NCBI GenBank assembly: GCA_951406725.2
Contig: OX597828.1
Coordinates: 42,656,001 to 42,720,000, forward strand
Origin: Octopus vulgaris
Lineage: Eukaryota
DNA length: 64,000 bases
Reading direction: 5' to 3'
Shown: piece by piece, positions 1 to 14,148 of the stretch
How the letters are laid out: the number at the start of each line of letters is the position of its first letter
Numbering within the stretch: the first letter of the stretch is position 1
The notes under the pieces: generated by a model
What the model was told of the DNA's origin: nothing
The model's input: the letters and a program-made list of their open reading frames with translations, nothing else
The model's database searches: none
Made by a program: the position numbers and the translations under genes

Positions 1-8
1 TCATGCAT

Positions 9-79
<71 letters not shown>

Positions 80-682
80 CATATATATATACATATATAT
101 GTAGATGTGAGTGTGTGTGCGTATGTATATGAGACTGAGAAAAAATGCCTTTCAAAGAAAAAACATGAAATTTATGCTATATATATATATATATGTGTGT
201 GTTTGTGGGTCTTTGTGACTGAGTACCTATATGTATATACACACATATATATGTAGATACATATATCACATACCTATATACATTTGTTAGTGTATGTGTA
301 TATATATATATACGAACACACAGATATGTATATCATATGTGTGTGTATATCTGTACGTATATATGCATATATATATGTATGTATGTATATATGTATGTTT
401 CAATATACACGTATATCTATTACGAGTACCATGAAGCAATTGGTGGCAAAAGGAAGTCGTTTAAAAGTTGTTATGTCTAGGAATTGGTGCAGCAACCAAA
501 TGGCACTTTTATTTTCTTTACTCCTTTCATGTTTATAGTTTTTTTAGGGTGTTTTTCTTTCCCTTCAGCCTATTTTATAGTCTTTCTCTTTCTCTCTTTC
601 TCTCTCTCTCCCTTCCTATCCTCCTCTCTCAGTATATATTTCTCTTTATACGTATTAGTATATATATCTATCTATCTATCTA

Positions 683-774
<92 letters not shown>

Positions 775-787
775 ATATATATACATA

Positions 788-849
<62 letters not shown>

Positions 850-863
850 CATATGTGTATATG

Positions 864-896
<33 letters not shown>

Positions 897-921
897 TCAT
901 TTATAGATGTATGGGTATATG

Positions 922-977
<56 letters not shown>
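1..977. repeat. Compound (TA)n/(TATG)n/(TATC)n/(TG)n microsatellite region
   Basis: Visible di- and tetranucleotide runs. The YIYI/CVCV ORFs are translations of these runs. Confidence 0.95.
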
Positions 978-979
<2 letters not shown>

Positions 980-1310
980 CCTGTCTTATAATGGAATCTG
1001 TATGGAGTGTTGAAAGTTGATAATGTTACCACGATCAAAGGTATATGATTCAAAACAGCAACAAGAACAGCAATGTGACATATCCACAACGACGACGACA
1101 ACGACAACAACAACACCAACAATAGCAGCAAAAAAAAAGCAGCAGCAGCAGTAGCAACAGTAGTAGCAGCAGCAGTAGTAGCAGCAGCGGTAGTAGCAGC
1201 AGCAGCTATTTGAATACACTAGTAGAAGAATATGCTGACATGGTGTACCTTTGGAAAGCAGAAACGGGAGAAATGTGAAGATAGAAGTTGAAGGTATAAA
1301 TGAGATATAA

Positions 1311-1750
1311 ATAGGCTCAGGAGTGGCTGTGTATAGGCGCAGGAGTGGCTGTGTATAGGCTCAGGAGTGGCTGTGTATAGGCTCAGGAGTGGCTGTGTAT
1401 AGGCACAGGAGTGGCTGTGTATAGGCACAGGAGTGGCTGTGTATAGGCACAGGAGTGGCTGTGTATAGGCTCAGGAGTGGCTGTGTATAGGCTCAGGAGT
1501 GGCTGTGTATAGGCTCAGGAGTGGCTGTGTATAGGCTCAGGAGTGGCTGTGTATAGGCACAGGAGTGGCTGTGTATAGGCGCAGGAGTGGCTGTGTATAG
1601 GCACAGGAGTGGCTGTGTATAGGGGCAGGAGTGGCTGTGTATAGGCGCAGGAGTGGCTGTGTATAGGCTCAGGAGTGGCTGTGTATAGGCTCAGGAGTGG
1701 CTGTGTATAGGCACAGGAGTGGCTGTGTATAGGCGCAGGAGTGGCTGTGT
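1311..1750 (+). repeat. 22-bp minisatellite x20 derived from the 5' end of the adjacent SINE
   Basis: Unit ATAGGC[T/G/A]CAGGAGTGGCTGTGT repeated 20 times (440 bp). The last unit runs directly into the SINE head (GGTAAGTAGC...). Confidence 0.95.
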
Positions 1751-1894
1751 GGTAAGTAGCTTGCTTACCAACCACATGGTTCCGGGTTCAGTCCCACTGC
1801 GTGGTATCCTGGGCAAGTGTCTTCTACTATAGACTCGGGCCGACCAAAGCCTTGTGAGTGGATTTGGTAGACGGAAACTGAAAGAAGCCTGTCG

Positions 1895-1927
<33 letters not shown>

Positions 1928-2141
1928 CCGTGTACGTTTGTGTGTCTGTGTTTATCCTCCCAGCATTGCTTGACAACCGATGCTGGTGTGTTTATGTCCC
2001 CCATAGCGGTTCGGCAAAAGAGACTGATAGAATAAGTACTGGGCTTACAAAGAATAAGTCCCGTTGTCGAGTTGGTCGATTAAAGGCGGTGCTCCAGCAT
2101 AGCCGCAGTCAAATAACTGAAACAAGTAAAAGAGAAAAGAG
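1731..2141 (+). mobile_element. tRNA-derived SINE family A (octopus-type, internal (TA)n(TG)n), full length
   Basis: A-box TGGCTGTGTGG, B-box GGTTCAGTCCC, shared body, and 3' end GGCGGTGCTCCAGCAT..ACTGAAACAAGTAAAAGAG. More than 20 related copies or fragments in the window. Confidence 0.85.
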
Positions 2142-2818
2142 TATGTTGGTTGGGGTTTGGTCGTAGCTGAAGGAAGAGAAGAGACAATTTCGTGGGTCAG
2201 AAGATGTTTGAAGCTGAAGGTACTTATGAAGCATCAGGGGCGGAACCAGGGTGTAAAGGCCTGAGTGGCATGTTCTCCACTCAAGAAAAAAAATGTGCCC
2301 TTCTAAATAACGTTATGACGCCCTTTTCTCCTGGAAATGTATTCCTTTCTGATCTTCTGCCCTCCTTTCGAAAATCCCAGGGACTTCGCCTGTATATATC
2401 TGTGGACTATAGTTTGGTCGTGGCTGAAGCTGGAGAGGAGGCAAAACTAAATGTTGTTGGGTGCTAAAAACAGAGCGGGGTTCATGTTTTGGGGGCCAGG
2501 GATTTTAGGAGCTGAATGAACACAGTGAACATGAGCACGGGCGTGGTTGTGTAGCTTCCCAAACAACATGATTCTGGGTTCATTCCCACTGTGTGACAAC
2601 TTGGACAGGTGTCATCTACTATAGTCTGTATATATCTTTGTGCCTGTGTTTGTCCTCTAACACCGCTTCACGACCGGTATTGGTGTATTTACGTCCTCTG
2701 ACATTAGCGATTCGGCAAAAAAATACCGAGAGAAGAAGTGCCAGGCTTAAAAAATAAAAACATGTAATAGGGTCGATTTATTCTACTAGAAATTCTTCCA
2801 GGTGGTGCCCCAGCATGG

Positions 2819-2855
<37 letters not shown>

Positions 2856-2967
2856 AATACTTTGTGGAGCAAGGGTGTTTGGAGTTGAAGGTGAAGAGAA
2901 GACTTGTCTACTGGTCTTAGGTAGCTGAGAACTTGAAGCAGAGGCGTAGACATTGTTATGTGTCTAG

Positions 2968-3126
2968 GAGGAGTGGCTGTGTGGTAAGTAGCTTGCTTAC
3001 CAACCACATTGTTCCGGGTTCAGTCCAACTGCGTGGCACCTTAGGTAAGTGTCTTCTACTATAGCCTTGGGCCGACCAAAGCCTTGTGAATGGATTTGGT
3101 AGACGGAAACTGAAAGAAGCTCATCG

Positions 3127-3171
<45 letters not shown>

Positions 3172-3385
3172 CTGTGTGTGTGTGTATGTGTGTGTGTATG
3201 TTTGTGTGTCTGTGTTTGTCCCCACAACATCGCTTGACAACCGATACTGGTGTGTTTACGTCCCCGTCACCTAGCGGTTCGGCAAGAAAGACCGATAGAA
3301 TAAGTCCTAGGCTTACAAAGAATAAGTCCTGGGATCAATTTGATCGACTAAAGGCGGTGCTCCAGCATGGCCATAGTCAAATGCC
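2968..3385 (+). mobile_element. SINE family A copy
   Basis: Same head, internal microsatellite and 3' body as 1731-2141. Confidence 0.85.
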
Positions 3386-3719
3386 TAATCAAATACAATA
3401 ATAGAAGAAATAACAGCAACATTCAGCGGCTGCTTTAACAGCTAGAAATAGCAACCAAATCTCCCTTGCATCAAAATGGGAGTATTCATTGAATAAGGTT
3501 ATTCGAGATCAGGGGTTCTCAACCATTTCCTTACCTATGGGTCTCTTTGATTACTATTTTATCCTGGTGGACCCCATAGCCATTCAATGTTTAAAAACTT
3601 GTTTTATAGAAACTTCTTTCAAAATTCATGTTTTGTTTTTCACACATTAACTTTTGTTGTTCGAACTATGTAAAATATTAGAGAAAGAAACTTAGCTATT
3701 TCTTGCAATGCATACCAAT

Positions 3720-4060
3720 CTGAGACCCCCTTCGATCATGAATGACCATAGGGTTGCACCTAGAAAGTTACTCTCCGAGGCACAAGTCCGGGTAAGGTTG
3801 TTTATGGAAGTCCAGCAGTCGACCATGCGTAGCAGCCTTCCCTCTCCACACCACTGATGTTGTCCAATGGAAAGGCAAAGGCCAATACAGTTTGGCACCA
3901 ATGATGTCGAGACTCATTTCTTCAGGTGAGTGAACTGGAGCAACGTGAAATAAAGTGTCTTGCTCAAGAACACAACACGTAGCCCGGTCCTGGAATCGAA
4001 CCCACAACCACACGATCGTAAGCTCGACGCTCTAACCACTGAGCCATGCGCCTGCTCACA
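3720..4060 (-). mobile_element. tRNA-derived SINE (family C)
   Basis: Minus strand shows A-box TGGCTCAGTGG and B-box GGTTCGATTCC. Probable ACCAAT TSD. Confidence 0.8.
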
Positions 4061-4077
4061 AACCAATACGTACATCT

Positions 4078-4379
4078 TTGTTCCTTCTCGAGCCACACCT
4101 GGCTCATAAGGGCCGGTTTCCCGGTTTCCTTGGCATATAGGTTCCCCACCTGGGCGGGACGCCGGTCCGTCGCAGGTGAGCTGCAAGATGCAGGAGGAAA
4201 GAGTGAGAGAAAGTTGTGGCGAAAGAGTCAGCAGAGGTTCGCCATTACCTACTGCCGGAGCCGCATGGAGTTTAGGTGTTTCGCTCATAAAAACACCCAC
4301 ATCAACCGGTGTGAGATTCGAACCAGCGATCCCTCGACCGCGAGTCCGCTGCTCTAACCACTAGGCCATGTGCCTCCAC
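4078..4379 (-). mobile_element. tRNA-Arg-like SINE (family D)
   Basis: Minus-strand head GGAGGCACATGGCCTAGTGGTTAGAGCAGCGGACTCGCGG..GGTTCGAATC. 12-bp TSD ATACGTACATCT (4066-4077 / 4380-4391). Confidence 0.85.
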
Positions 4380-5469
4380 ATACGTACATCTAAAGCAGTC
4401 TTTTCAAGGGTCCTTAAAATACTATTGTGGAACCCCAACTTACTATTTTGTATCGTACGTAGACCCCCAAATATCTTATATGGACCCTGGTTAAGAACCA
4501 CTTTTCTAGATACACAGTCTCATAAACAACAGGCAGGATGGCCATGGTCGGCTCGTTTGCAGCTGCCATTAAGCTAAATAAATAACACTGGCGCATGATT
4601 CTCTTCAGACCACAAAAAAATATATTATCATCTTAGGCTCAGAGGAACCATGTTCGAATCCTAGTTCCAGTTTTGACTTCTAAACCGTTCGTTTCATTTA
4701 CGTCACTGCTGTCCTTTCTGGGTGTCAAAAATGTCATACACTCATGTTCTGAATTCTATACGTTTGTCTGTTGATATAACCCAGCCGGAAATACAGCGCC
4801 ATGACGTCATTATTTATCCCCTTCCCTAGAGACTCCTACACACATGCAAGAGATCTTATGTCTATCTTAGAATGCAAATCTCTACATTCATCTGAGTACT
4901 TACAGCTATGTGTAACTGTTTGTTTCTGTGTGTGTGTGTGTCTGTATGTGTATGTGTGTGTGTATACGTGTCAATGTTAATGTGCACATGTGTGTGTGTG
5001 GGTGTGTGTCTTTGTTAATATTTACACACACACTAACACACGCAGACACATACACACATGAATCTTTATTTTGGGGTTCAGTTATATCATAATAAAAACA
5101 ATTTTACATTAATCTGTAGAGTACAAAAATGTTATTCTTAAACAATAATGTGGTTGACAGTAAGTAAAGATTCGGCCAGCTAATCCAACAGCAAGATGGT
5201 CAACACTTCGAAGTCACTGGTAGTAAAATCCTTGTTTAAGAAAAGTATATATATTTTCGAGAGACAGAAACTGAAAAGAAGCCCGTCGCATATATATGTG
5301 GGTGTGTCTCTGTGGTGCCTGTGTTTGTCCCCCTCCACCGCTTGACAACCGGTGTTGGTGTGCTTACGTCCCCATAACTGTCCGACAAAAGAGACCGATA
5401 AAAGAAGCACCAAGCTTTAGAGAATGTGCTGGAGTCGATTCATTCGACTTAAAATATATCGCCATGAAA

Positions 5470-5645
5470 CATCGCTTGGCACAATACCTTTTTCTATTTT
5501 CTCTCCCTGTTTATTTCTGTGTTCCTTTCTGTTGAAGAGCGTAGGCTCGAAACGTAAAAGACTTTTTCACTACCCGAGCATTATCTGCTTGTTGTTTACA
5601 CACCCGTCTTCGTCTTTTTTTTTGTTGTTGTTGTAAATTCTCACA
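5470..5645 (+). mobile_element. Short Penelope-like 3'-end element with variant hammerhead (family H1)
   Basis: Homologous to seven other segments in the window, ends next to (TA)n, and carries an HHR-like motif at 5525-5560. Confidence 0.6.
5525..5560 (+). ncRNA. Minimal type I hammerhead-like motif, variant core CUGUUGA
   Basis: CTTT-CTGTTGA-A-GAGC(GTAG)GCTC-GAAA-CG-TA-AAAG: 4-bp stem I, 4-bp stem II, palindromic ACGU stem III. Confidence 0.55.
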
Positions 5646-5883
5646 ATATATATATACACATACACAGGGATGGCCATCACCTGACAGTAAATCATTTGTA
5701 AGTTTTATTTTATGCATGTCTTCTCATGCATATACTTGCATATCTAGACATATTCATATACTTAAATAGTTAAACTTCCGGAAAGTTTTACAGATTTTTA
5801 CACTTCTTGTGATGGATTGGATCTGTAATCTTCGAATCAGCTTTCTCCCTTTTGGTTTTGAGAAGCTTAATTTCTCAAGACTG

Positions 5884-6525
5884 GTATGTATGTATGTATG
5901 TATGTATGTATGTATGTATGTATGTATGTATGTATGTATGTATGTATGTATGTATGTATGTATGTATGTATGTATGTATGTATGTATGTATGTATGTATG
6001 TGTGTGTGTATGTATGTATGTATGTATATATGTATGTATGTGTATGTATGTATGTATGTATATATGCGTGCGTATGTATGTATGTATATATGTATGTATG
6101 TATATTTGTATGTTTGTATGTTTGTATGTATGTATATATGTATGTATGTATGTTTGTATGTATATATGTATGTATGTAGGTGTGTATGTATGTATGTATG
6201 TATGTATGTATGTATGTATGTTTGTACGTATGTATGTATGTATATATGTATGTATGTTTGTTTGTATGTATGTATGTATGTATTCTTCTGAGTCCTCTTT
6301 ACCCTTTTGTTTCTCTTTGGGTATATACTGGTGTGCTGCTTATGTATGTGTAGTTATATATACTTGTATTTGTGCACACACTTGTATATTTGTATGTATG
6401 TATGTATGTATGTATGTATGTATGTATGTATGTATGTATGTATGTATGTATGTATGTATGTATGTATGTATGTATGTATGTATGTATGTATGTATGTATG
6501 TATGTATGTATGCATGTATGTATGG
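5884..6525. repeat. (TATG)n microsatellite region
   Basis: Long perfect and degenerate TATG runs. Confidence 0.95.
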
Positions 6526-7580
6526 ATATAAATACGAAAGAATGCACGTTTGTATGTAAGTATATCTAATTTATATATGTTTATATATTGATATTTGTAT
6601 ACGTAAAACTGGAAGCGAAATATTTGCTTAAATTTCTTTCCACGTCTTAAAAAATTCTTTGTCACTTTGTTATTTATTTTTTGATATTATTGTTATTATT
6701 ATTGCTTATATTTCCTCTTCTTCTCCTCCATCACCCCAGAACAATCAAGTTGTCTCCGCCTCTGTCACCTCTGACACAACTTTCCCCCGCTCTCTCTCTC
6801 TCATACATACACACACACATACACACACACATACACACACACATACACACACACACACACATACACACACACATACACACACACACACACACACATTCAC
6901 CCATCCTATCCTGACATCATCAACATAGTACAGTATTCATCACCACCAACCATAACAGCAAATCTCGTCCAAAACGAAAAGCAAATAACTTCCATAGATA
7001 GTGCACATTCTGCCAAACAGCAACAAAAATACAAGGGATTTCATTGAAGAAGTAACGAACAAACCTACAAACCAACAAACCAACAAAACAACAAGCCAGC
7101 TAGTCCTCTTATCTTTTTTGATAAGTCAGTTAGTCGAAGTGTAGAAACTAATACACGTCAGCCATCGGAGACGACAGAAACCAAATGCATTCACACTGCA
7201 GCACTCAGCGTGTTTCTATAAACAGGAGAGTTACACAAAGAAAAAATGGCGTCAGAATTCTTTTCGCGGTTTCCTATTGCTCATATAAATATTTAAAGTT
7301 GGAAAAATAATAAACTGTAAGATAGATAGATACGTCTGTTGCTGCATCAGACAGGAATCTTACGTTTATATACACGTGTATATGTGTGTGTGTGTGTGTG
7401 TGTTTGTGAGTGTGTGTGTGTGTGCATGGTGTGAGTGTGCGTGCGTATGTATACTTATATTTGTATGTATATAGGTAAGTGTGTGTATGTGTGTGAGTAT
7501 ATATATACATAAACATACACGCACACATATTTCACATAAAAGATACATATATAGATACACATCTATCTATCTCTCTATCA

Positions 7581-7612
<32 letters not shown>

Positions 7613-8729
7613 TTCTGTCAGTCTATCTATCTGCATATATATGTTTATATCTATAGAGAGAGAGAGAAAGAGAGGGCGACAGAGAGAAAGAGAGAGACAG
7701 AGAGAGTTCATATACATACATACGTAAACATGCATACATACATAATACATGCATACATGCGTTCATACATGCATACGTACATACATACTTATGTAAATTA
7801 AGATTTTAATATCGTAATAAATCCTTCCTGATAAATCCTCCACGACACACATTTTTAAGCAACCCCTCAATCGCTGGTCCCAACTTCTTGCAAAGATAAC
7901 GAAAAAAACACACACACACACACACACACACGACATCACGCTACTTGATATACTTCTATCGAATACGATTGCTGAAACTTACAAGAAAATGAACTTTCCA
8001 ATATTCAATATGATAAACAGCGAAACTAGAGGACGAGAGACTGTAAGAAATACAGAACTGCATGACTCGCTTCACTATGTAACTCCCTTACATAACACTT
8101 AAAGACCATAAACAAAACCTCCACTCTAGCTGCATGTTAATAAACCCCTTTAAAACTGGACATAGCCAGTAAGCCAATTCTAATTGAAGTTCTTCTGATA
8201 ATCAGAAATACTACGAGGTTAAATCGCTTGGTTCAATGGCATTAAAAACAAAACCTACTGCAAATTATTTCCGTTCGAAATTGTCGAGATTTTTCTATCT
8301 ATACCTGAATTTCTCGTGGCCACATAACCTGTATTCGTAGGCTCTGTTTGGCTGAGAAGCTGCACATATTGATGCAGCCTGTGATATTTGTCACTGCGTT
8401 TATCCAAATGCCCGGATCGGAAAGAAATTCGAGGATTTGATTCCTTTAGTAATGTCAGTCAATCTCAGCTGAGTCATTTCCTTTATATCTTACACTCTTC
8501 TTTACAGTGTTAAGAACATTAAACAGCATCTTATGCAACAGCCTGTTGAAAATTTCTTGGAGGGCCTGGACTCATCCAAATGAAAACGTCCTTTACCAAG
8601 TGAAGGACAAACCGTTAAGCCGAACGCATGTAAGGTTTCACAAATCGAACTCATTTGGTCGATTAGATACGTGCATTCATGCTTATGAAACTTTGAGTAA
8701 TGAATCTTTAATTAGCTTTCTTGAAATAT

Positions 8730-9370
8730 TGGTTTCAAATTTTGGCGCAAAGCCAGCAGTTTTTGGGAGGGGGCCAAGTCGATTAAATCGACCCCAGTGC
8801 TCAATTTGTACATATTCTATCGATCCTGAAAGGATGAAAAGCAAAGTGAACCTCGGCGGAATTTGAACTCAGAACGCAGAGACGGACGAAATGCCGCTAA
8901 GCATCTTGCACAGTGTGAGCTAGCGTTTCTATCAACTCACCGTCTTTATTTATCTAGAAATATTCATTTCTTGATTTCCACAGGGGGCTAAACATAGAGA
9001 GAACAAACAAGGATAGACGAAGGGATTAAATAGATTACATCGACCCCAGTGCGTATCTGGTACTTATTTAATCGACCCCGAGAGGATGAAAGGCAAAGTC
9101 GACGTCGGCGGAATTTGAACTCAGAACGTAACGGCAGACGAAATACTGCTCAGCATTTCGTCCGGCGTGCTAACGATTCTGCCAGCTTGCCGCCTTTTAT
9201 CTAGAAATACTGGTTCCAAATTTCAGAGGGCTAAGTCTATGACATCAGCCCTCAATGCAAAACTGGTACTTATTTTATCGACTCTGGAAGGATGAAAGAC
9301 AAAGATGACTGGCGGAATTTGACCTCAGAAAGCATAGTCGGAAGTAATGTCGCTAAGCATTTTTTCCGGC
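8730..9370 (-). mobile_element. Cluster of three SINE family B copies (Nin-like central domain)
   Basis: Reverse complements of AAGGCGGCGAGCTGGCAG..GAGTTCAAATTCCGCCGAGGTCGACTTTGCCTTTCATCC..AAGTACCAG. Confidence 0.75.
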
Positions 9371-11122
9371 ACCTTATCTATCTAGAAATATTAACTCTAC
9401 ATAATTTACTACATCCGTTTTACTTTAGCTTGCTTGTGAGCACATATGTGTGTTGCATGTATGACTTGGCAGATGGGTTGACAGATAATTATTTGTGTAA
9501 ACTATTACGTTCTTCCTTGGAATGTGAAATGGGCGTAGCATCTGCGATGAGCCCTAGAACACAGAAGGTCGGGGTTTCAGCCGGCTTCCATAACGCATAA
9601 AGGGCTGAGATCTCAGCTCTTCTTACCCCTGAACGGGACGCTAGTCCATGTAGAGTTAACTTTCCAGCTACTTCTGGTACTCGTTTACAGCTGTTTGGAC
9701 TGTAACAACGTGAAATGAAGTTTTCCTCAAAAATACTAAAGGCCACCCGCTACGGGAACCTAAAATGGCGGCACCGTGAACAAATGACTATGAATATAGC
9801 CTCGAATCTACAAATGAATTATGAATGAAATTTTGTAGACGAAATCTTTACGGAAGATTACACACACAAAATCCATGGCATAGATTTAGTCATATATTTA
9901 TATGCAGGCATACTCACAACCAAAAAAGACAGAAAGACGGAAACGTAAAAATCACACACGGATATGTGCTTGGATTAGATTTATATTACGAGGAAAGAGA
10001 GAAAGGAGAAAAGAAGGAGGGAGAGAGAAAACGTCAATATTTGTAACACTCATACCATTCCAAAAACGTCTGTCGATATGACTAAAGTTCTTGCTGAACT
10101 GAGCAAGTAGAACAATCTGACGTTTCGGAATAAATCATTCACCACTCAGTCATTGGATTTCATTAAAGCCAACAAACTATCTTGTACCACGTACATAATT
10201 CACATGCATACACACACACACGTACACACACACACGTGCGCGCGCGTACGCGTACAGACATATTCATACACACTCATACGTAGACACATATAAAGAGCTA
10301 TGTCTATATACATTTGATGAAATCAATAAAATCTACTTACGATTCAAATATAAATAAAATGAAAGAATGTGTTGCAATATAATCTAAGAAATATTGAAGC
10401 TGATGACGTTAACAATTTTAGGAATGGGAAAAAAATCCCCTCTTTTCCATTTTTTTTCTTTTTTTTTTGACAGCAGTTGGAAGAGACTATCTTATATAAT
10501 ATATACTTTCAGGGAGGAAAAAAACGAAGGTAAGGGTAACAAAACAAATACAAATACACACATTGGTGAAAAACATTCACACACACATACACATACACAC
10601 GCGCACGAACACACACACACACATATATATATACACACACAAACGCACACATATATTGTTACGTATATCATATGTCTGTATTGAATAAAAATAGCCAAAC
10701 AAAATACTTAAGGATGCATGCACATATGCACACATATACACAAGTGAACCCACCCCCACACACACATACACACATATACACACACACATAAGAAGGACGT
10801 ATATAGGCACATATATTGATCTAAGTAACGATTTATCACTCACTTCATCGCCTTCCATCTCAGTTTTCTCCTTCTGTAAAAACACACGCACACATACATA
10901 TAGCTATATGCACACACATATACATATGTATAATGTGTATGTATGTGCGTCGTGTGTGTATGTGCATCTAAAAATGAATGTGGTTATGTATGTGTTTGCA
11001 TGTATGCTTGTATATTTAAACGAATGTGTACAGTTTTCTGTATGTAAGTTAAGGCATATATAATGAAACATATATACATAACACATGCACAAACACACGC
11101 ACACACTCACACACACGCACAC

Positions 11123-11163
<41 letters not shown>

Positions 11164-12004
11164 CCTTAAGCATATAGTCGTATTAGGCTTTAATAATACA
11201 CATACGTAAGTATAGGGTACACGAACGAGAGCACTGACGCCACCACTCACGTAAACACAAATACACATGTAATGATATATTTATTTTCTTACACACACAC
11301 ACGCACACACACACACACACACAATACATGTCTATACAGTACATTTATATATACTTGAATTTAAACATATATATATATATATAAACACACACACATATAT
11401 ATATGTATATATACATATGTATATATATTTGTATATATATATTATGTATATATATATATGCATACATATATCTATATATATATATATGGTGTATACACAC
11501 ATATTATGTACGTATGTATATACATGCCATCTTGCTTGTACTTCAATATATGCATTATACAAATAAGTTATGTATGAGTATATGTGTATATATATATATA
11601 CATATGTATGCACGCATGCATATATGCATGCATGTATGTTTGTATATATGCATGTATACCTATATATATATGCATGAAAGTATGTATATCTATATCTATC
11701 TATCTATCTATCTATATACATACATACATACATACATACATACATACATACATACATACATACGTACATATATACATACACACATACTTAAACAACTGCA
11801 TACGCACGCATGCCTGCAAACATACACTAACATACACTCATACATATATACACTTATAAACACTCCCACACACTCCCACACTTATACATACACACACATA
11901 GAACCATGCATAGTCGCACATACAGAAGCGTATTTATGTATATATATATATGCATCTGTATGTGCGTGCGTATATATGTATATAATTATATATATATACA
12001 TATG

Positions 12005-12058
<54 letters not shown>

Positions 12059-12917
12059 TAGATATATATACATATATATAAATGCATACTCATGTATGTG
12101 TGTGTGAGTGTATATATATATATATATATATGCATGTGTGTATACACATATGTGTATATATATATGTGTGTATATATGCATGCGCTCATAGATGCGAGTA
12201 AACAAACTCCGACCCTATCATTTTACAGGATGTTTATTTTATTTGCCTATCGTCTGTATATGACACTGTTATGATAAGCAACGGGGCATTCGGAAATATT
12301 CCGCATTGGGCTGAACCGAAAGAACGAAGAACTAGTAAAAGAAACACGTGAAAAACTTTTCATTATAAGGATCACGTATTGAAAACAATCTTATAGAGCC
12401 TTCACTTATTCATAGAAAACAGCAACAATAACAAGAAGAAGAAGAAGAAGAAAAACTGCGGCAGTAACAAGGAGAACAGCAACAAGAACATAAACAAAAC
12501 GAAGATAAAGCGAAAGAGACGTGAACATGGAGAACGAAAGAAAACGAGAAAGAATTAAATGCAGTAAAGAAATTGAAAAAGAAAATACAAACGCCATTGA
12601 TAAAGGAGTATTTATCTCCTTATCTGAATATCAACCGCTCTACTACAACCGCCATTTTGTTTTTATTCTAATATAGTATTATTTTATTTACTTGCTTGTT
12701 TTAGTTCATTCCCTTTTATTTTATTCCACAATTTTTTCTTCTATTTTGTTTTTCAATGTTGTGTGCATGCATCGTCCGATATTTTATTTTTTATAGTTGG
12801 TTGTTTTAACATTCCGCTATTCCATCATTCATTTTCTTGTTATTCCATACACTCTCGTATTCCTTGTTCTTTAATCAATTTTTTTCCTGTATTCGCATCT
12901 CTCCCTATTTATATGTG

Positions 12918-12986
<69 letters not shown>

Positions 12987-13569
12987 GTGTGTGTATTTAT
13001 TTTTGCATTCTCATTTTGTGTTCTATATATCTAGAGTTAGTTTTTCAGTGAGTGCTTGATCGTGTAAACGAACTACCTACCCAGGGGCAGCCATCGACTT
13101 TTTCCATCCCAAAGGAGTTTTTAACCTAATTTTTATACTCTATTATTTATAACTATATCATCTGCTTCGAGACCCACTGTTCCTCAAAAGAATTATGCGT
13201 GAGTATATGTATGTGTGTGCGCTTGTGTCTCTGCATAAACACTATACACACTCACACACATATATGTATATATACATACATATATATATGTGTGTGTGTA
13301 TGTGTGTATATATACTTATACATATATGCACATATACGTATGTGTATATGTTTGGTGTGTGTATATATATGCATACATATATACATATACACACGCATAT
13401 ATACATCATAGTATGTAGGGATTATAGTAGGTAAATAAGTACTATATATGTTTCCAAGAAAGTTGACTGGAAGTTACGTAACTTCAATGTTTTCCTCTTT
13501 GTTTACAAAGTTCATTGTCGAAAGTAATAAAGTTGGATTACATCAGACCTACACTTTTTCGACAATAAA

Positions 13570-13950
13570 CTTTGGCAAAGGGCAAAGTATCTGAAGAAAA
13601 TGACGAATGTACTGTAATCTATATTTAGCACGACGATCGTTTCGGCTTACATCTGCACTGCTCCCTAATGGGTGGAGAACGATATAATGGAATCGAATGC
13701 ACCCCACAGTGCAGAAGAAACTTCATCAGATTAGATAATACGTTACAGTATTATAATATGGACATTTCCCCACTGTGTGTGGCAGGATGATGTTGTTATG
13801 AGGCGTGGGTTTGTAGAAGTTCACAAATCCATTAATGAGGCAAGATAACTGCTATATAATCGGGGACTGGAAGGTAAACAATGTAAAATCAAATCAAATA
13901 CAAAAACTAAAGGGGAAGGTCAGAGTGACTTTTGAATGAAAAGCGCTCTA
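13570..13950 (-). mobile_element. Degenerate Penelope-like 3' fragment with decayed type I HHR
   Basis: Minus strand CTGATGA ... long stem II (TCTGCACTG/CAGTGCAGA) ... GCCGAAACGATCGTC. Stem I is not in register. Confidence 0.45.
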
Positions 13951-14148
13951 GACGTAGAGAATAGGCGTAGGAGTGGCTGTGTGGTAAGTAGCTTGCTTAC
14001 CAACCACATGGTTCCGGGTTCAGTCTCTGTGCGTGACTCCTTGGGCAAGTGTCTTCTACTATAGCCTCGGGTCGATCAAAGCCTTGTGAGTGGATTTGGT
14101 AGACAGAAACTGAAAGAAGCCCGTCGTATATATATATATATATATATA

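Larger units (their letters stand above)
3510..4503. mobile_element. hAT (Charlie-like) MITE interrupted by two SINEs
   Basis: TIRs CAGGGGTTCTCAACC / GGTTAAGAACCACTT. 8-bp TSD TTCGAGAT (3502-3509) / TTCTAGAT (4504-4511), close to the NTCTAGAN preference. Confidence 0.8.

Noticed and set aside
1311-1750. CRISPR-like appearance of the 22-bp array
   Set aside because: Units are contiguous with no unique spacers, they match the SINE head, and the context is eukaryotic with no cas genes.
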